A stretch of 64,000 nucleotides of DNA from Acidobacteriota bacterium. Lineage in GTDB: Bacteria > Acidobacteriota > UBA890 > WLXD01. Location of the stretch: assembly GCA_965248695.1 (NCBI GenBank), contig CBDFKD010000002.1:2336001-2400000 (forward strand), written 5' to 3'. The notes below the pieces were generated by a model. It was not told where the DNA came from. It saw nothing but the letters and a program-made list of their open reading frames with translations, and did not search any database. Positions within the stretch are counted from its first letter, which is position 1, and every line of letters starts with the position of its first letter. The translations under genes were made by a program, and so were the position numbers. Shown piece by piece: positions 29,618 through 40,231 of the stretch.

Positions 29618-29971
29618 ATGGGTCTGACGGACGCCGCGCTCGCTGAGCTCCGCGCGCTGCTGGTCGAACGGCGGTCAGCAATCGGCGTGGCCGCGAGAAC
29701 GAACGACGCGGCGACCGCAGTGGTTGAGCTCGACCAGGCGAGAATCGGTCGACTCTCGCGCATGGACGCGATGCAAAGCCAGGCCATGTCGGTGGAACTG
29801 AAACGCCGCAACGAACGCGAGGTCGCCGCCATCGAGGCCACGCTGAGACGAATGGACGACGACACGTACGGCGATTGCCTACGATGCGACGAGGCAATCG
29901 CGCTGGCCCGCCTACGGGCCACCCCGGTAGCCACGCTCTGTATCGAGTGTGCCGAGAAGGCAGGCAACTAG
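29618..29971 (+). CDS. TraR/DksA C4 zinc-finger protein
   Basis: ELDQARIGRLSRMDAMQ and YGDCLRC...LCIEC motifs; start uncertain. Confidence 0.85.
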   Translation: MGLTDAALAELRALLVERRSAIGVAARTNDAATAVVELDQARIGRLSRMDAMQSQAMSVELKRRNEREVAAIEATLRRMDDDTYGDCLRCDEAIALARLRATPVATLCIECAEKAGN

Positions 29972-30097
29972 ACCACCACACCGCCGAGCTGTCCAAGTAG
30001 GGGGAGTCCAGCGCTCGCGCTATGGCTGGGCTGTTCCGTGGTGTGCGCGATGTAGCCTAGCGCTCGGTGCGGTGGCGTGGCTCGCCTGGACGGAGCA

Positions 30098-32815
30098 ATG
30101 AAGAAAAACTACCTCTTGTTGACGATTCTCGTGGCCGTCTCCTGGGTTGCTCCACTTGCGGGTAGCGAGCAGGCAACGAGAACGAGCCGTGTGCTCGTGC
30201 GGTCGTGGGATGAAGGCCCGTACGGCCCCCTGCCTGCGAACATCGGAGTGGTCGGCGCGTGGCAGAAGCTGCAGAAGCTGCGTACGACCGCGAGCGTCCT
30301 GTACACGACGCCTCATCCGGACGACGAGCAAGGCGGCGTGCTGACCCTGCTCAGCCGCGGTCTCGGCGTGCGGACCGCGCTCCTGACGCTCAATCGCGGC
30401 GAGGGCGGCGCCAACGCCGTCGGGCCGGAGCTGTTCGACGCCCTCGGCCTCATCCGCAGCGAGGAACTCAGGCTGGCGGGACGCTACTACGGCCTCGACG
30501 ACCAGTATTTCACCACCGCCGTTGACTACGGGTACTCGAAAACGCTGGACGAGGCGTTGCGGAGCTGGGATCGGGCGACCGTCCTCGGAGACATGGTTCG
30601 CATCATCCGCACCAACCGACCACTGGTGATGATCTCGCGCTTCCGCGGCGATACGAGCGACGGCCACGGACACCATCAAGCGGCCGGCGTGCTCACCTCC
30701 GAGGCGGTGCGAGCTGCCGCCGATCCGAGCGAGTTTCCGGAGCAGATCACTTATGACGGACTCAGGCCGTGGCGCGTACGGAAGCTCTACCGGGCTCGAC
30801 GGTCGGACGACGGGCACGTCGACGCCGAGTTGAATCCGCACCAGGACAGTCCCTGGCTCGGTTCCACGTACCAGTCCTTCGGATCCTACGGACTGAGCCT
30901 GCAGCGGTCGCAGACCACCGGGAGACTGAGGAGCGGCGGCGGTTCCAGGACACCGGCGCGATACGAGCGACTCCATCTACCCGACGCGGATGCCGGCACA
31001 TCGGATTTCGGCAACGATGTCTTCGCCGGCCTCGACACCTCCTTGTCGGGGCTCTTCAGGCTCGTCAACGAGCGGGGGTCAGCCAGGGCAGAAGAGTCCT
31101 TGTCGGCAGCGGAGTCACACATCGAGGCCGCGGCGGTGGCCTTCTCGGTGACGGATCTGGGCCCGACGGCGCACCACCTTGCCAGGGCGCGAGCGGCGCT
31201 GATCGGCGCCGCCGGCGACGTGGCACCGAACTCGGAAGCCGCCTTCCTGTTGGAGATCGAGCGCCGCGAGATCGACGTCACCCTGGCGCCGGCGCTGGGG
31301 ATACGGCTGGAGGCCCTGGCGAGCCGGCCGGGTATTGGCGCAGACGAGTCGATGGGACCCGCAGTGCCGGGCCAGGACCTCGACGTCCATGTGTCCGTCA
31401 CCGTGGCGGGCTCCGAAGTCGTCACGCTATCCGACGTGCGGCTCGAAGCCGAACCGGGCTGGGGCACACGCGGGCAGATCGACGCCACCACGCTATCCGC
31501 CGGCGCCGCGGCGAGAGGCAGCCTCGGTCTTTCTATCGCGCTCGACGCGCAACCGTCGCGCCCCTGGTTCTACCGCACGTCGATTGCCCAGGACATGTAC
31601 ATGGTTCGAGATGCGGCGGATATGCACCTCGGTGAGTCGCGGCCACGAGCCATGGCTGTGGCTACGCTCGAGTATGGCGGCCAGCGATTCGACGTCCGGG
31701 CGCCGATCCGTACGGTCGAGCCTCAGCCACCGTACGGCGCCGCGCAGCCGGTGCTCACGGTCGCACCGCGACTCACCGTGACGGCCGCACCCATCGCTGC
31801 CGTGCTACTACCGAGCCGTCCGTCCGAAGCAGTGCCCTCCGTGGCGGTGTCGATCGAGGTCACTTCCAACGCGCCGACCGCCCTCGAGGCCGACGTCGGC
31901 CTCGATCTGCCGCATGGATGGACCTCCGAACCGGCGTCGGCAGCGCTGCACTTCGACTCCCCTGGGTCGAGCGAGCGGGTTCAATTCCAAGTGTTCCCCC
32001 CCGGCCGGCCGGAACATCTGGAGTCGGAGCGACCGTGGCCTGAGCGAGTCACGATCCAGGCTCGTGCACGTGCTGGCGGACGCGAGTACACGGAGGGATT
32101 TCAGCGCATCGCGCATCGGGACCTCACCCCGACCCATCTCTACTCAGCGGCGCGCGTCGACGTGATACCCGTACATGTGGCGGTCGCCATGGATCTTGAC
32201 GCCGGTTACGTCATGGGGGTCGGCGACGACGTCCCTGCGGCGATCGAGCAACTCGGCATACCGCTGCGGCTTCTCTCGGCAGCTGACCTGTCCGGCGGCG
32301 ACCTCTCCGACTACGACGTAATCGTGGTCGGTACCCGAGCCTACTCGGTGAGGCCCGATCTGATCGCCGCCAACGCCCGCCTGCTGGAATACGCACGAGC
32401 GGGCGGCAACCTGGTCGTTCTGTACCAGACGCAGGAGTACACGCCCGAGAGCCAGGCGCCGTACCCGGCGTCGTTGCCGCGCAGCGCTCAGGAGGTCTCT
32501 GAGCAGGACGCTCCGGTCGCCCTCCTGGCCCCTGATCACCAGCTACTCACCACTCCGAACCGCATCGGCGCCGCCGACTTCGACGGCTGGATCGAGCAGC
32601 GCGGCTCGAAGTTCTTCACCACCTGGTCGAGCGAGTACACCCCTTTGATCGAGACCCACGACACCGGTCAATCACCTCAGCGCGGTGTCTGGCTGACGGC
32701 AGAGGTCGGTGATGGCCACTTCACCTACGCGGCGATCGCGCTCCACCGCCAGCTCCCGTACGGTGTGCCGGGCGCGTACAGGATTCTCGCCAACCTGCTA
32801 TCTCTGGGCGGCTGA
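30098..32815 (+). CDS. Exported PIG-L/LmbE family deacetylase with Ig-like (NEW3) and C-terminal glutamine-amidotransferase-like domains
   Basis: HPDDE, NRGEGGAN, HGHHQAAG, GYVMGVGD and GAYRILANL motifs. Confidence 0.88.
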   Translation: MKKNYLLLTILVAVSWVAPLAGSEQATRTSRVLVRSWDEGPYGPLPANIGVVGAWQKLQKLRTTASVLYTTPHPDDEQGGVLTLLSRGLGVRTALLTLNRGEGGANAVGPELFDALGLIRSEELRLAGRYYGLDDQYFTTAVDYGYSKTLDEALRSWDRATVLGDMVRIIRTNRPLVMISRFRGDTSDGHGHHQAAGVLTSEAVRAAADPSEFPEQITYDGLRPWRVRKLYRARRSDDGHVDAELNPHQDSPWLGSTYQSFGSYGLSLQRSQTTGRLRSGGGSRTPARYERLHLPDADAGTSDFGNDVFAGLDTSLSGLFRLVNERGSARAEESLSAAESHIEAAAVAFSVTDLGPTAHHLARARAALIGAAGDVAPNSEAAFLLEIERREIDVTLAPALGIRLEALASRPGIGADESMGPAVPGQDLDVHVSVTVAGSEVVTLSDVRLEAEPGWGTRGQIDATTLSAGAAARGSLGLSIALDAQPSRPWFYRTSIAQDMYMVRDAADMHLGESRPRAMAVATLEYGGQRFDVRAPIRTVEPQPPYGAAQPVLTVAPRLTVTAAPIAAVLLPSRPSEAVPSVAVSIEVTSNAPTALEADVGLDLPHGWTSEPASAALHFDSPGSSERVQFQVFPPGRPEHLESERPWPERVTIQARARAGGREYTEGFQRIAHRDLTPTHLYSAARVDVIPVHVAVAMDLDAGYVMGVGDDVPAAIEQLGIPLRLLSAADLSGGDLSDYDVIVVGTRAYSVRPDLIAANARLLEYARAGGNLVVLYQTQEYTPESQAPYPASLPRSAQEVSEQDAPVALLAPDHQLLTTPNRIGAADFDGWIEQRGSKFFTTWSSEYTPLIETHDTGQSPQRGVWLTAEVGDGHFTYAAIALHRQLPYGVPGAYRILANLLSLGG

Positions 32816-32888
32816 GACAGCTGACGAGGACCGCGCCGCGCTGACGTGCTCGGGTCAGCGCCATCAGGCCCCACGATCGGCAGATCCG

Positions 32889-34700
32889 CTACGGAGTGAA
32901 CGCCCGATAGTAGTCGGCTCCGGAAAGTTGCGCGTGTAGCGTCTTGCCGGACGCGAGGGCGCCGAAGCGGATCCGCTCGGCGGCGTTCTCGTTGCCGACG
33001 GCGAAAACACCTTCCTCGAGCGGGATGAGCCGCATCGCAAATCCTCCGGGATAGAGCAGGTACAGTTCGCCCTTGCGAGCCAGGACGCGGAAGTTGCCGG
33101 TCCACGGGTTGTGTGAGCGATAGTGGCCCTCGTAGGCGCGCCACGACTCCGGAAGCTCGAAGCTCTGGGGTCCCCTGTAGCGCTCGTGGCGGAACCACTC
33201 GGCGCCGTGGAACGCCTCCACCACGGCGCCGTCCTCACGCCCGACGACCAGCGGGAACCGGGCGAACTCCGGGTCGTCGACGATGAAGGCGTCGTTCCGC
33301 ATCCGCAACACGGGGATCCGTCGAGAATCCGACTCCGACTCCGACCCGCCGGCGGTCGCAACCTGCAGGAAGAGCCGGCCTGCGTCCGCCACGACCGTCA
33401 TCAGCCTGGAGTCGGATCGGTAGGTTCCGATGTAGTCCTCGGCGTCGTCGACGTGCTCACGGTCCCGCGTCGGCGGCGGCTCGGGCAGCTCCTTGCCAGC
33501 GCGAACCGCCACGGCGAGGTCGAGCGCGAAGCGCGCCACCGCTCCGGCCGGGCCGGAGCCGTTGACCATCACCGCCGCACCCAAACCGGCGCCCGGATCA
33601 GCGATGATGCTCGACACGAACGACAGATGGCCACCGCCATGCGACAGCAACGTACGTCCGTCCAGATCCGCGACGCCGATGCCGTAGCCGTAGTAGCTGT
33701 TGTCGCCAGACTCCGTTTCGCGGTTGGTGAACAACTCGAAGCTGTCCTCGGACAGGATGCGGCCGGCGGGGCCCTGGCCACCGTTGAGCAGCATGCGAAC
33801 GTAGGCGGCCATGTCGGCGGGAGTCGAGGCGACGCTGCCATCGCCAGCACCGTACTCATGCCATTCGGCCGGGACCATGGGAGCCCCCGGAAGCGTCGGG
33901 CGATCGTCGTACGCCGGCCGGTAGGCGGTGGCAGAGAGCAATCGCGTTGCGGTGGTAACGGAACCGTGCGACGCCGTCATGCCGAGCGGATCGAGAATGC
34001 CGGCCTCCAGAGTCGCGCCCAGGGGTTCGCCGCGGACCGCCTCGAGCAGCACCCCGAGGGTCTTATAGCCAACGTTGGAGTAGTGAAAGCGATCGGCGGC
34101 CGGACCGATCGCCAGCCGCGAGTCGCGCAAGCTCCACGCCTCGTAGTGGCCGTGCGGTGCCAGATCGGAGCCGTTGATGATCCCCGCCGTATGGGTGAGC
34201 AGCTCGTGCACCGTAATCGGTTGCCGACTGGAGTCGACCTCGAACCACGGTAGGTAGTCGTGTACCGGTGCCTGTAGATCGATGGTTCCGCGCTCGTGCT
34301 CCTGCAGGATGCCGATGGCGGTAAACGACTTGCCGATGGAGCCCATCAGAAACAACGTCTCCGGTTGCACCGGGGCGCGCGCATCGAGGTTGGCAAAGCC
34401 GTAGGTCCAGACGCCCAGCACACGGTCCGCGTCGGTCAGCGACAGCGCCATGCCGGGCAGGGCCGATTCATCCATTTGCTGTCGAACGTACTGGTCCAGG
34501 CGAGCGAAAGCCTCGTCCCATGGCTCGCCGAGATCGGCGGCGACCTCCTTGTACTGGAGGCCGGTCGGTCGGTTCCCGTTGTCGGCGGCATTGCTGCAGG
34601 CGCTGGCGACGATCAAGACGCCGGCGAGCGTTCCGCTGGTCAACCAGGCCCGACAACTAGACGTCGCGTACCTCGAATGACTCCGTTCTGGTTGCGTCAT
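32889..34700 (-). CDS. Serine hydrolase (beta-lactamase family) lipoprotein
   Basis: SIGK (SxxK), YSN and HGG motifs; lipobox-like ASAC. Confidence 0.88.
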   Translation of the reverse strand: MTQPERSHSRYATSSCRAWLTSGTLAGVLIVASACSNAADNGNRPTGLQYKEVAADLGEPWDEAFARLDQYVRQQMDESALPGMALSLTDADRVLGVWTYGFANLDARAPVQPETLFLMGSIGKSFTAIGILQEHERGTIDLQAPVHDYLPWFEVDSSRQPITVHELLTHTAGIINGSDLAPHGHYEAWSLRDSRLAIGPAADRFHYSNVGYKTLGVLLEAVRGEPLGATLEAGILDPLGMTASHGSVTTATRLLSATAYRPAYDDRPTLPGAPMVPAEWHEYGAGDGSVASTPADMAAYVRMLLNGGQGPAGRILSEDSFELFTNRETESGDNSYYGYGIGVADLDGRTLLSHGGGHLSFVSSIIADPGAGLGAAVMVNGSGPAGAVARFALDLAVAVRAGKELPEPPPTRDREHVDDAEDYIGTYRSDSRLMTVVADAGRLFLQVATAGGSESESDSRRIPVLRMRNDAFIVDDPEFARFPLVVGREDGAVVEAFHGAEWFRHERYRGPQSFELPESWRAYEGHYRSHNPWTGNFRVLARKGELYLLYPGGFAMRLIPLEEGVFAVGNENAAERIRFGALASGKTLHAQLSGADYYRAFTP

Positions 34701-34773
34701 GGTTGGTAACTCCAGGGCTTCCGTTGAAAGTGACCGCGCTCAGATACCTTTTGCATCGTGCGATCGCTCGATC

Positions 34774-35796
34774 CTATTCGTCGAAGACGTCCAGATGGTG
34801 GGTATAGGCGAGCCCCTGATGCTGCATGGCCCGACGGTAGTTCACCGCAACGGCATCGAACTTCAGATGCAGCTCGTCGGCCAGATCGAAAGGAACCTGA
34901 TCCGGGCGCTGCGACTCGACGATGACCTGATCCTGCCCGAAGATCGTCGCTTCGAAGTCCTGCAGAACGGTGTCCGGCTCGTCCAGGTCGTAGTTCCGGC
35001 CGATGATGCAGTAGCCGCGACATTGCTCCCCGGAGATAGGCTGCGAGGCGAAGAAATACACCATCCCCTTGGAACCACCCCATCCCAGTCGGAGCACGAT
35101 GGTGTAGGGCAGATGCAACTCATACAGGCTGTGCCGCTCGGGTTTGACGATGTCGTCATTGGCAAACACTGGAAAGTCATCTGAATTAGCAGCCTCGGGG
35201 CGCACGACCTCCTAGTGCAGGACGTGGCCGCGGATCTCGACGTCATGATCTGGCACCAGCGGGCGCGATGGGTCTCCCAGCAGTCCTGGATGTACCCACG
35301 GAAAGTGGCCGAAGTCGGTGAAGTTCTCTACCTGCCTGGAGGCATCGCTGGCCCAGCTGAACGGCCCGGTATTGACCACCTTCCAGTCAGCGTCTTCGAG
35401 CTCGGGAATCTCCGGCAACGCGTAGACAGGATCAGCCAACGACACCCAGATGAGCCCGTATCGCTCAAGGCACGTGTAGACCGGCGTCCGCGCCTTGGCC
35501 GGTATCGTTTGGTGCTTACTCTGCGGAATGTGCACACAGGCGCCTGAGGCATCGTATTTCCACGCATGGTACGGACAGACGATGCAGTCATCCTCGAGCC
35601 GGCCAAGGGAAAGCGCCGTGCCGCGGTGTATACAGACGTCGCGCATGGCCCGCGGGATTCCGTCTGTCGTACGCCAGACCACAACCGGCTCTTCCAGCAA
35701 TGTGACAGACAGTGGTACCTCGGCTGAGACCTCGTGCGCGTAGCTCACCGGATGCCAGCATCCGTAGAGGTTGTCCGGGAGGGCTCGGCGGTGCAT
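34774..35796 (-). pseudogene. VanA/NdmA-like Rieske demethylase interrupted by an in-frame TAG
   Basis: CIH...CPYH Rieske motif, ENFTDFGHFPWVH and QDQVIVESQRP. The two ORFs share a frame across TAG 35212-35214 (HVLH*EVVRPEA). Confidence 0.8.
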
Positions 35797-35931
35797 TTCG
35801 GGTCTCCAAACAGCGGATTCTCAGAGGCCACTTGATATGGGCTGGCACTTGGTACCTCATTGAACCGATGCTGACAAGATGTCGTGGTCGGTGCCTCGTC
35901 AGCGGACACTTCGGCTCCAGGAGGAAGGACG

Positions 35932-36459
35932 ATGAGGTGGATGCGCGTTTCCCTAGTACTGGTCGCGATTGCTGGGGCGGTCGTCCTCATCGCGGCGCTG
36001 CGCGGCCCTGCGCCGGAGTCTCCGGTGCAGCCAGCACATATCAACGCGGCGAGTGTCCCCTGGCACGTCTCCGAGGCCGGTGAGCGGCGCTCGAACAGAA
36101 TCATCGGCAGCAACCTGATTCCTGACGACGACGTACACGTCGGACTTTGGGAGCTCGCGCCGCGGGCGATCTACGCTGGCCATGTTCATCCGGTGCCGGA
36201 GTTCTACGTCCTCATCGAAGGACACGTCGAGTGGACCCTCGGCGATGAAACGTTCGTTGCCGAACCCGGCGAGTTCATCTACATCGCCCCGAGCACGATG
36301 CATCGGATGGTGAACGTGACAGACGGCGTAGCGCGGGCGGTCTGGGGCCGCTGGGCTCCGAACGGCGACCGCAGCGTGTACGAGGGCGAGTCTCGGTATG
36401 TGGAGCCGATCCCGGAACAACCGCCGGATGCAGTGTTGTTCCCGACACCTGGACAGTAA
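35932..36459 (+). CDS. Cupin-domain protein with N-terminal signal/anchor; motifs resemble DMSP-lyase cupins
   Basis: HVHPVPEFY...PGEFIYIAPSTMH cupin motifs; RBS AGGAGG. Confidence 0.8.
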   Translation: MRWMRVSLVLVAIAGAVVLIAALRGPAPESPVQPAHINAASVPWHVSEAGERRSNRIIGSNLIPDDDVHVGLWELAPRAIYAGHVHPVPEFYVLIEGHVEWTLGDETFVAEPGEFIYIAPSTMHRMVNVTDGVARAVWGRWAPNGDRSVYEGESRYVEPIPEQPPDAVLFPTPGQ

Positions 36460-36588
36460 GGCTGCGCTCGGGCAACCTGCGGGCACACCGTGGTGGCAAC
36501 ACTGCAGTGGCAACTCTGCGTTGGCGCCGCGCCGGTAGCTAGCCAGCCGATAGCCCGTACACTTAGCACAAGCGCACGTGGGGACGCC

Positions 36589-38598
36589 GTGAAGGAGACC
36601 GACCGCAGGCTCGGAATGGACCGCGATATCACGCGCCGCGATTTCCTCAACGGCACCAGCGTTGCGATCGGCGGCTCACTGCTGGCCGCCGGAACTGCCA
36701 ACGCATCTCCCGCCGCAGCCGAGGCTACGGCAAAGCAGACAGCGCTGCCCTACCCCCCGACCTGGGAAGTGGGCAACAACTACCCACCCAGGCTCACGGG
36801 CATGCGCGGCAGCCATCCGGGCTCGTTCGAGGTGGCGCATGCGGTACGCGATGGTAAGCGCTACGACGACGTCACCGACCTCGACGAGACCTACGATCTA
36901 ATCGTCGTCGGCGGCGGGCTCAGCGGGCTGGCGGCGGCGTACTTCTTCAAGAAAGCGCTGCCGGACTCGAAGGTCCTTATCCTCGACAATCACGACGACT
37001 TCGGCGGGCAAGCGAAGCGCAACGAATTCGAGGTCGACGGCCGCACGGTGGTTACCTACGGCGGCAGCGTGTACATGACGGGCGCCTACACCCACGAGGC
37101 CATGGACATGCTCGCGGACATCGGCCTCGATTGGGACCGATTCAATCGCACCACCGCGACGAGCTACGAGCTGTATGGAGATGGCTACGGAGGCATCGGC
37201 TCGATGGGCCTCGAGGCGGGCGTGCTGTTCGATCGCGAGACCTTCGGGGAGGATCACCTCGCAGTCGGCGAGCCTCAGGGCCGCGCCAGCGCCGCGGACT
37301 GGGAGCAGTTCCTCGCCGGCGCGCCGCTTTCTGCGCAGGCGAAGCGCGACATCGTCCGGTTGTACACCGAGAACGCCGACTATCTGCCGGGCCTCAGCCG
37401 CGAGGCGAAGATCGCCAAGCTACGGCGAATCAGCTATCAGCAGTACATTCTCGACGTGGTCGGTGTGACGCCGGATGTCGTTCCCTACTTCCTGAAACAG
37501 ACGCTCGGCGGGCCGAACGGCGCCGCCGGGATCGATTCGGTGAGCGCCTACGTCGCTTACCGACACAACTCGCTCCCCGGCTTCGGCGGCTTGGAGCTCG
37601 GCGATCGCCCGCCCCGCAACTTTCTCGGCGCTCGCAGCCCGGTCGAGCGCATCCACTTCCCCGACGGCAACGCCGGGCTCGCCCGACTGATCGTGCGCTG
37701 GCTCAACCCCGCCGCGCTGCCCGGCAGCACGATGGAGGACTCGGTCACCACACCGGTGAGCTACGAGAGGTTGGACCGGCCCGAAGACGATGTCCGTATC
37801 CGGCTCAACAGCACCGTGATCGACGCCACCCACGTGGGCGAGCGCCGCACCGCCAGCGAGGTAGCCGTCACCTACGTCAACGGCGACAAGGCATACCGCG
37901 TGCGTGGCAGCACCTGCGTGATGGGCTGCTACAACGCCGTGATTCCGCACCTCATGCGAGATCTACCATCGGAGCAGAAAGAAGCGCTCCACATGGCGGT
38001 GCGCACGGCGCGCGTCTACACCAACGTGCTGGTCCGCAACTGGCGCCCGTTCGTCAAGCTCGGCATCAACGGCGCTCACTGCCCCGGCAGCTTCCACCAG
38101 TTCTTCAGCCTCAGCTGGACGACCCGGATCGGTGACTACCGCTATACCGAGTCGCCCGACGAGCCGATCGTCGTGCGCATGAACCGCGATCCGATCGCGC
38201 CGGGTCTCAGCGCTCGCGACCAGTTCCGCGCCGGGCGCGAGAACATCCTCGCGACCTCCTTCGAGGACTACGAGCGCAACGTCCGCGACCAGCTGAACCG
38301 CGCGCTGGGGGCGGGCGGATTCGACGCCGCCGACGACATCCTGGCGATCACCGTCAACCGCTGGCCGCACGGCTATGCCGGCGCCGCCAACGAGCTCTAC
38401 GACCCTGAATGGGGCTACGACGAGCCCCCATGGGTCAAGGGACGCAAGCGCTTCGGCCGCATCACGATCGCCAACACCGACGCCGCCGCTATCTGCCTCG
38501 CCCAGGCGGCATTCGACCAGGCACATCGGGCCGTGAGTGAGCTGCTAACCGACGTGCTGCGTCCGGAGTTCCAGTACCCCTGGGCGGAGAGGACGTAG
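36589..38598 (+). CDS. Spermidine dehydrogenase SpdH-like flavoprotein, Tat-exported
   Basis: ITRRDFLNG, YPPRLTGMRGSHPGSFE, GGGLSG, DNHDDFGGQAKRNE, HFPDGNA and TVNRWPHGYA motifs. Confidence 0.85.
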   Translation: MKETDRRLGMDRDITRRDFLNGTSVAIGGSLLAAGTANASPAAAEATAKQTALPYPPTWEVGNNYPPRLTGMRGSHPGSFEVAHAVRDGKRYDDVTDLDETYDLIVVGGGLSGLAAAYFFKKALPDSKVLILDNHDDFGGQAKRNEFEVDGRTVVTYGGSVYMTGAYTHEAMDMLADIGLDWDRFNRTTATSYELYGDGYGGIGSMGLEAGVLFDRETFGEDHLAVGEPQGRASAADWEQFLAGAPLSAQAKRDIVRLYTENADYLPGLSREAKIAKLRRISYQQYILDVVGVTPDVVPYFLKQTLGGPNGAAGIDSVSAYVAYRHNSLPGFGGLELGDRPPRNFLGARSPVERIHFPDGNAGLARLIVRWLNPAALPGSTMEDSVTTPVSYERLDRPEDDVRIRLNSTVIDATHVGERRTASEVAVTYVNGDKAYRVRGSTCVMGCYNAVIPHLMRDLPSEQKEALHMAVRTARVYTNVLVRNWRPFVKLGINGAHCPGSFHQFFSLSWTTRIGDYRYTESPDEPIVVRMNRDPIAPGLSARDQFRAGRENILATSFEDYERNVRDQLNRALGAGGFDAADDILAITVNRWPHGYAGAANELYDPEWGYDEPPWVKGRKRFGRITIANTDAAAICLAQAAFDQAHRAVSELLTDVLRPEFQYPWAERT

Positions 38599-38632
38599 GC
38601 GAGCCACCCCGCCGACGAGGAAGAACCCGGTG

Positions 38633-40159
38633 TCAGTCTCCGGACTTGATGACCTCGTTCATGTACCAGTTCATGAACCGGGACGGGCCGCCCTCGTGCT
38701 TGGAGTAACGACCCGCGCCGTACGCACCCGACTCGACGCCCGCGTGGTTGTTAGCGGTGATCCAGATGTCCTCCTGGATCGTGACGTGCCACAGCGCTTT
38801 GACATTGTCGGGGTCGAAGTCGCGACCCTCGACGGCGTCGGGATGCACCAGCCAGACGATCTCGCAATCGGTGAACTTCTCTGTCCGCGGCGTGAACCGG
38901 GCCACCGCAACGTGGTCGTCGTAGCACTGCCAGTAGCCGGTCGACTCGGCCGTCGTGACCACGTTGGTCTCGTTGTTCCACTCCTGGATGTTGGGCAGGA
39001 GGATCGAGACCGCCTGGCCGTCGAGCGACCCGCTCACGTAACCGGGATTCAGCATGCCGCCGAAGCTCGGGTAGTTGTCCCCTCCCATGCCTTCGCCCAT
39101 GCCCTCGCCGGTCTGCGGACGACGGTTACGCCACGCCTTTTCCGGAACCCACGCGGCGACTGCAGACGCACGCTCCCGTCGCTGTTCCTCGGTGACCTCG
39201 TTGCTCCAGTTGTGGGTGGTGACCAACGATGTGTGCGACGGGCCGCAGTGGTAGCACTCCTTGAAGTTTTCCAGCGCCAGCTTCCAGTTGGCGTTGATCG
39301 CGTAGTACTCGCGCGCCGCGACCTTCAGGTCCGCGAGGCTGTACTTGTCGGCAATGCCACGCAGGCGGCTGACGGCCGTGTCGAAGTCCGGCGGTGTATC
39401 GGACTGCGACAGGTTGACGAACACCTGCCCCGCCTCCACCCGTAGGTGACACGGGGTCAACCCGTTGTCCGCCGGATCGAAGTCATCCTGCATGCCGTAG
39501 GCGTAGATGAGGCTGCCCTCGGTGTCGTAGGTCCACGCGTGGTACGGGCACCGGAACACTGGCGAGCTGCCGCTCTGGCCGAGTTGCTTGACGGACAGGC
39601 GCGGGTCACTCGGCTTCTCGTCGGCGTCGTGGCGGCACAGCCGCGATCCGCGATGTCGGCAGACGTTGTAGAAGCCGCGGATCTCGTTGTCCTGTCCACG
39701 CACGATCAGAATCGACTCCGAACGCCCGAACTCAAATACGTAGAAGTCTCCCGGGTTCGGAATCCGGCTCGCCTGGTCGGTGTACTGCCAGAAGTTCTCG
39801 GCAACGAACGCCTCGTCGCCGTCGAAGTGATTCGCCTCCACGTAGTACTCGGCCGGGATCGTCGTACCTTCCTTCCAGCCGTTGACGCTCGGCCGCTTGG
39901 CGACCGGCTCGGTCAGCAGCGGCGCGCCGTAGCCGCCGTAGCCGATGTTCTCGTTCGGCAGCTCGACCCGCCCTCCGCGCGCATAGGTCGCCGTGCTCGC
40001 CGGCGCCGAGGACGGCGTGGCTCCGAGCAACGACTTCGGCAATGCGACGGCGGCCGTACCAGCAGCCACCGACGTCTTCGCGAAGGCGCGCCGGCTCAGC
40101 TTCGTTTCAACAGCTCCTGTCTCGACACTGCTCGTCTCGCCCGAGTCTCGCTTGCTCAT
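38633..40159 (-). CDS. Rieske non-heme iron oxygenase alpha subunit (GbcA/Stc2-like) with Tat signal, paralog A
   Basis: RBS GGAGG and ATG 40159; SRRAFAK leader; CRH...CPYH; NWKLALENFKECYHCGPSH; TIQED. Confidence 0.9.
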   Translation of the reverse strand: MSKRDSGETSSVETGAVETKLSRRAFAKTSVAAGTAAVALPKSLLGATPSSAPASTATYARGGRVELPNENIGYGGYGAPLLTEPVAKRPSVNGWKEGTTIPAEYYVEANHFDGDEAFVAENFWQYTDQASRIPNPGDFYVFEFGRSESILIVRGQDNEIRGFYNVCRHRGSRLCRHDADEKPSDPRLSVKQLGQSGSSPVFRCPYHAWTYDTEGSLIYAYGMQDDFDPADNGLTPCHLRVEAGQVFVNLSQSDTPPDFDTAVSRLRGIADKYSLADLKVAAREYYAINANWKLALENFKECYHCGPSHTSLVTTHNWSNEVTEEQRRERASAVAAWVPEKAWRNRRPQTGEGMGEGMGGDNYPSFGGMLNPGYVSGSLDGQAVSILLPNIQEWNNETNVVTTAESTGYWQCYDDHVAVARFTPRTEKFTDCEIVWLVHPDAVEGRDFDPDNVKALWHVTIQEDIWITANNHAGVESGAYGAGRYSKHEGGPSRFMNWYMNEVIKSGD

Positions 40160-40231
40160 CACATCCTCCATCGGCCCAACCGGGAGCACCGTTCGCTCCC
40201 TTCGTTGTAGCGAGCGTTCCACAACACAGTG

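Noticed and set aside
1737-35214. Stop-codon recoding (Sec/Pyl) at the in-frame stops
   Set aside because: One stop is TAA at a probable Glu position and the other is TAG at a probable Tyr position. Many genes here end normally in TAG or TGA, and no recoding machinery is seen.
36493-36520. GTGGCAAC direct repeat as a sigma54 promoter
   Set aside because: The GG-to-GC spacing is 7 nt rather than the required 10.
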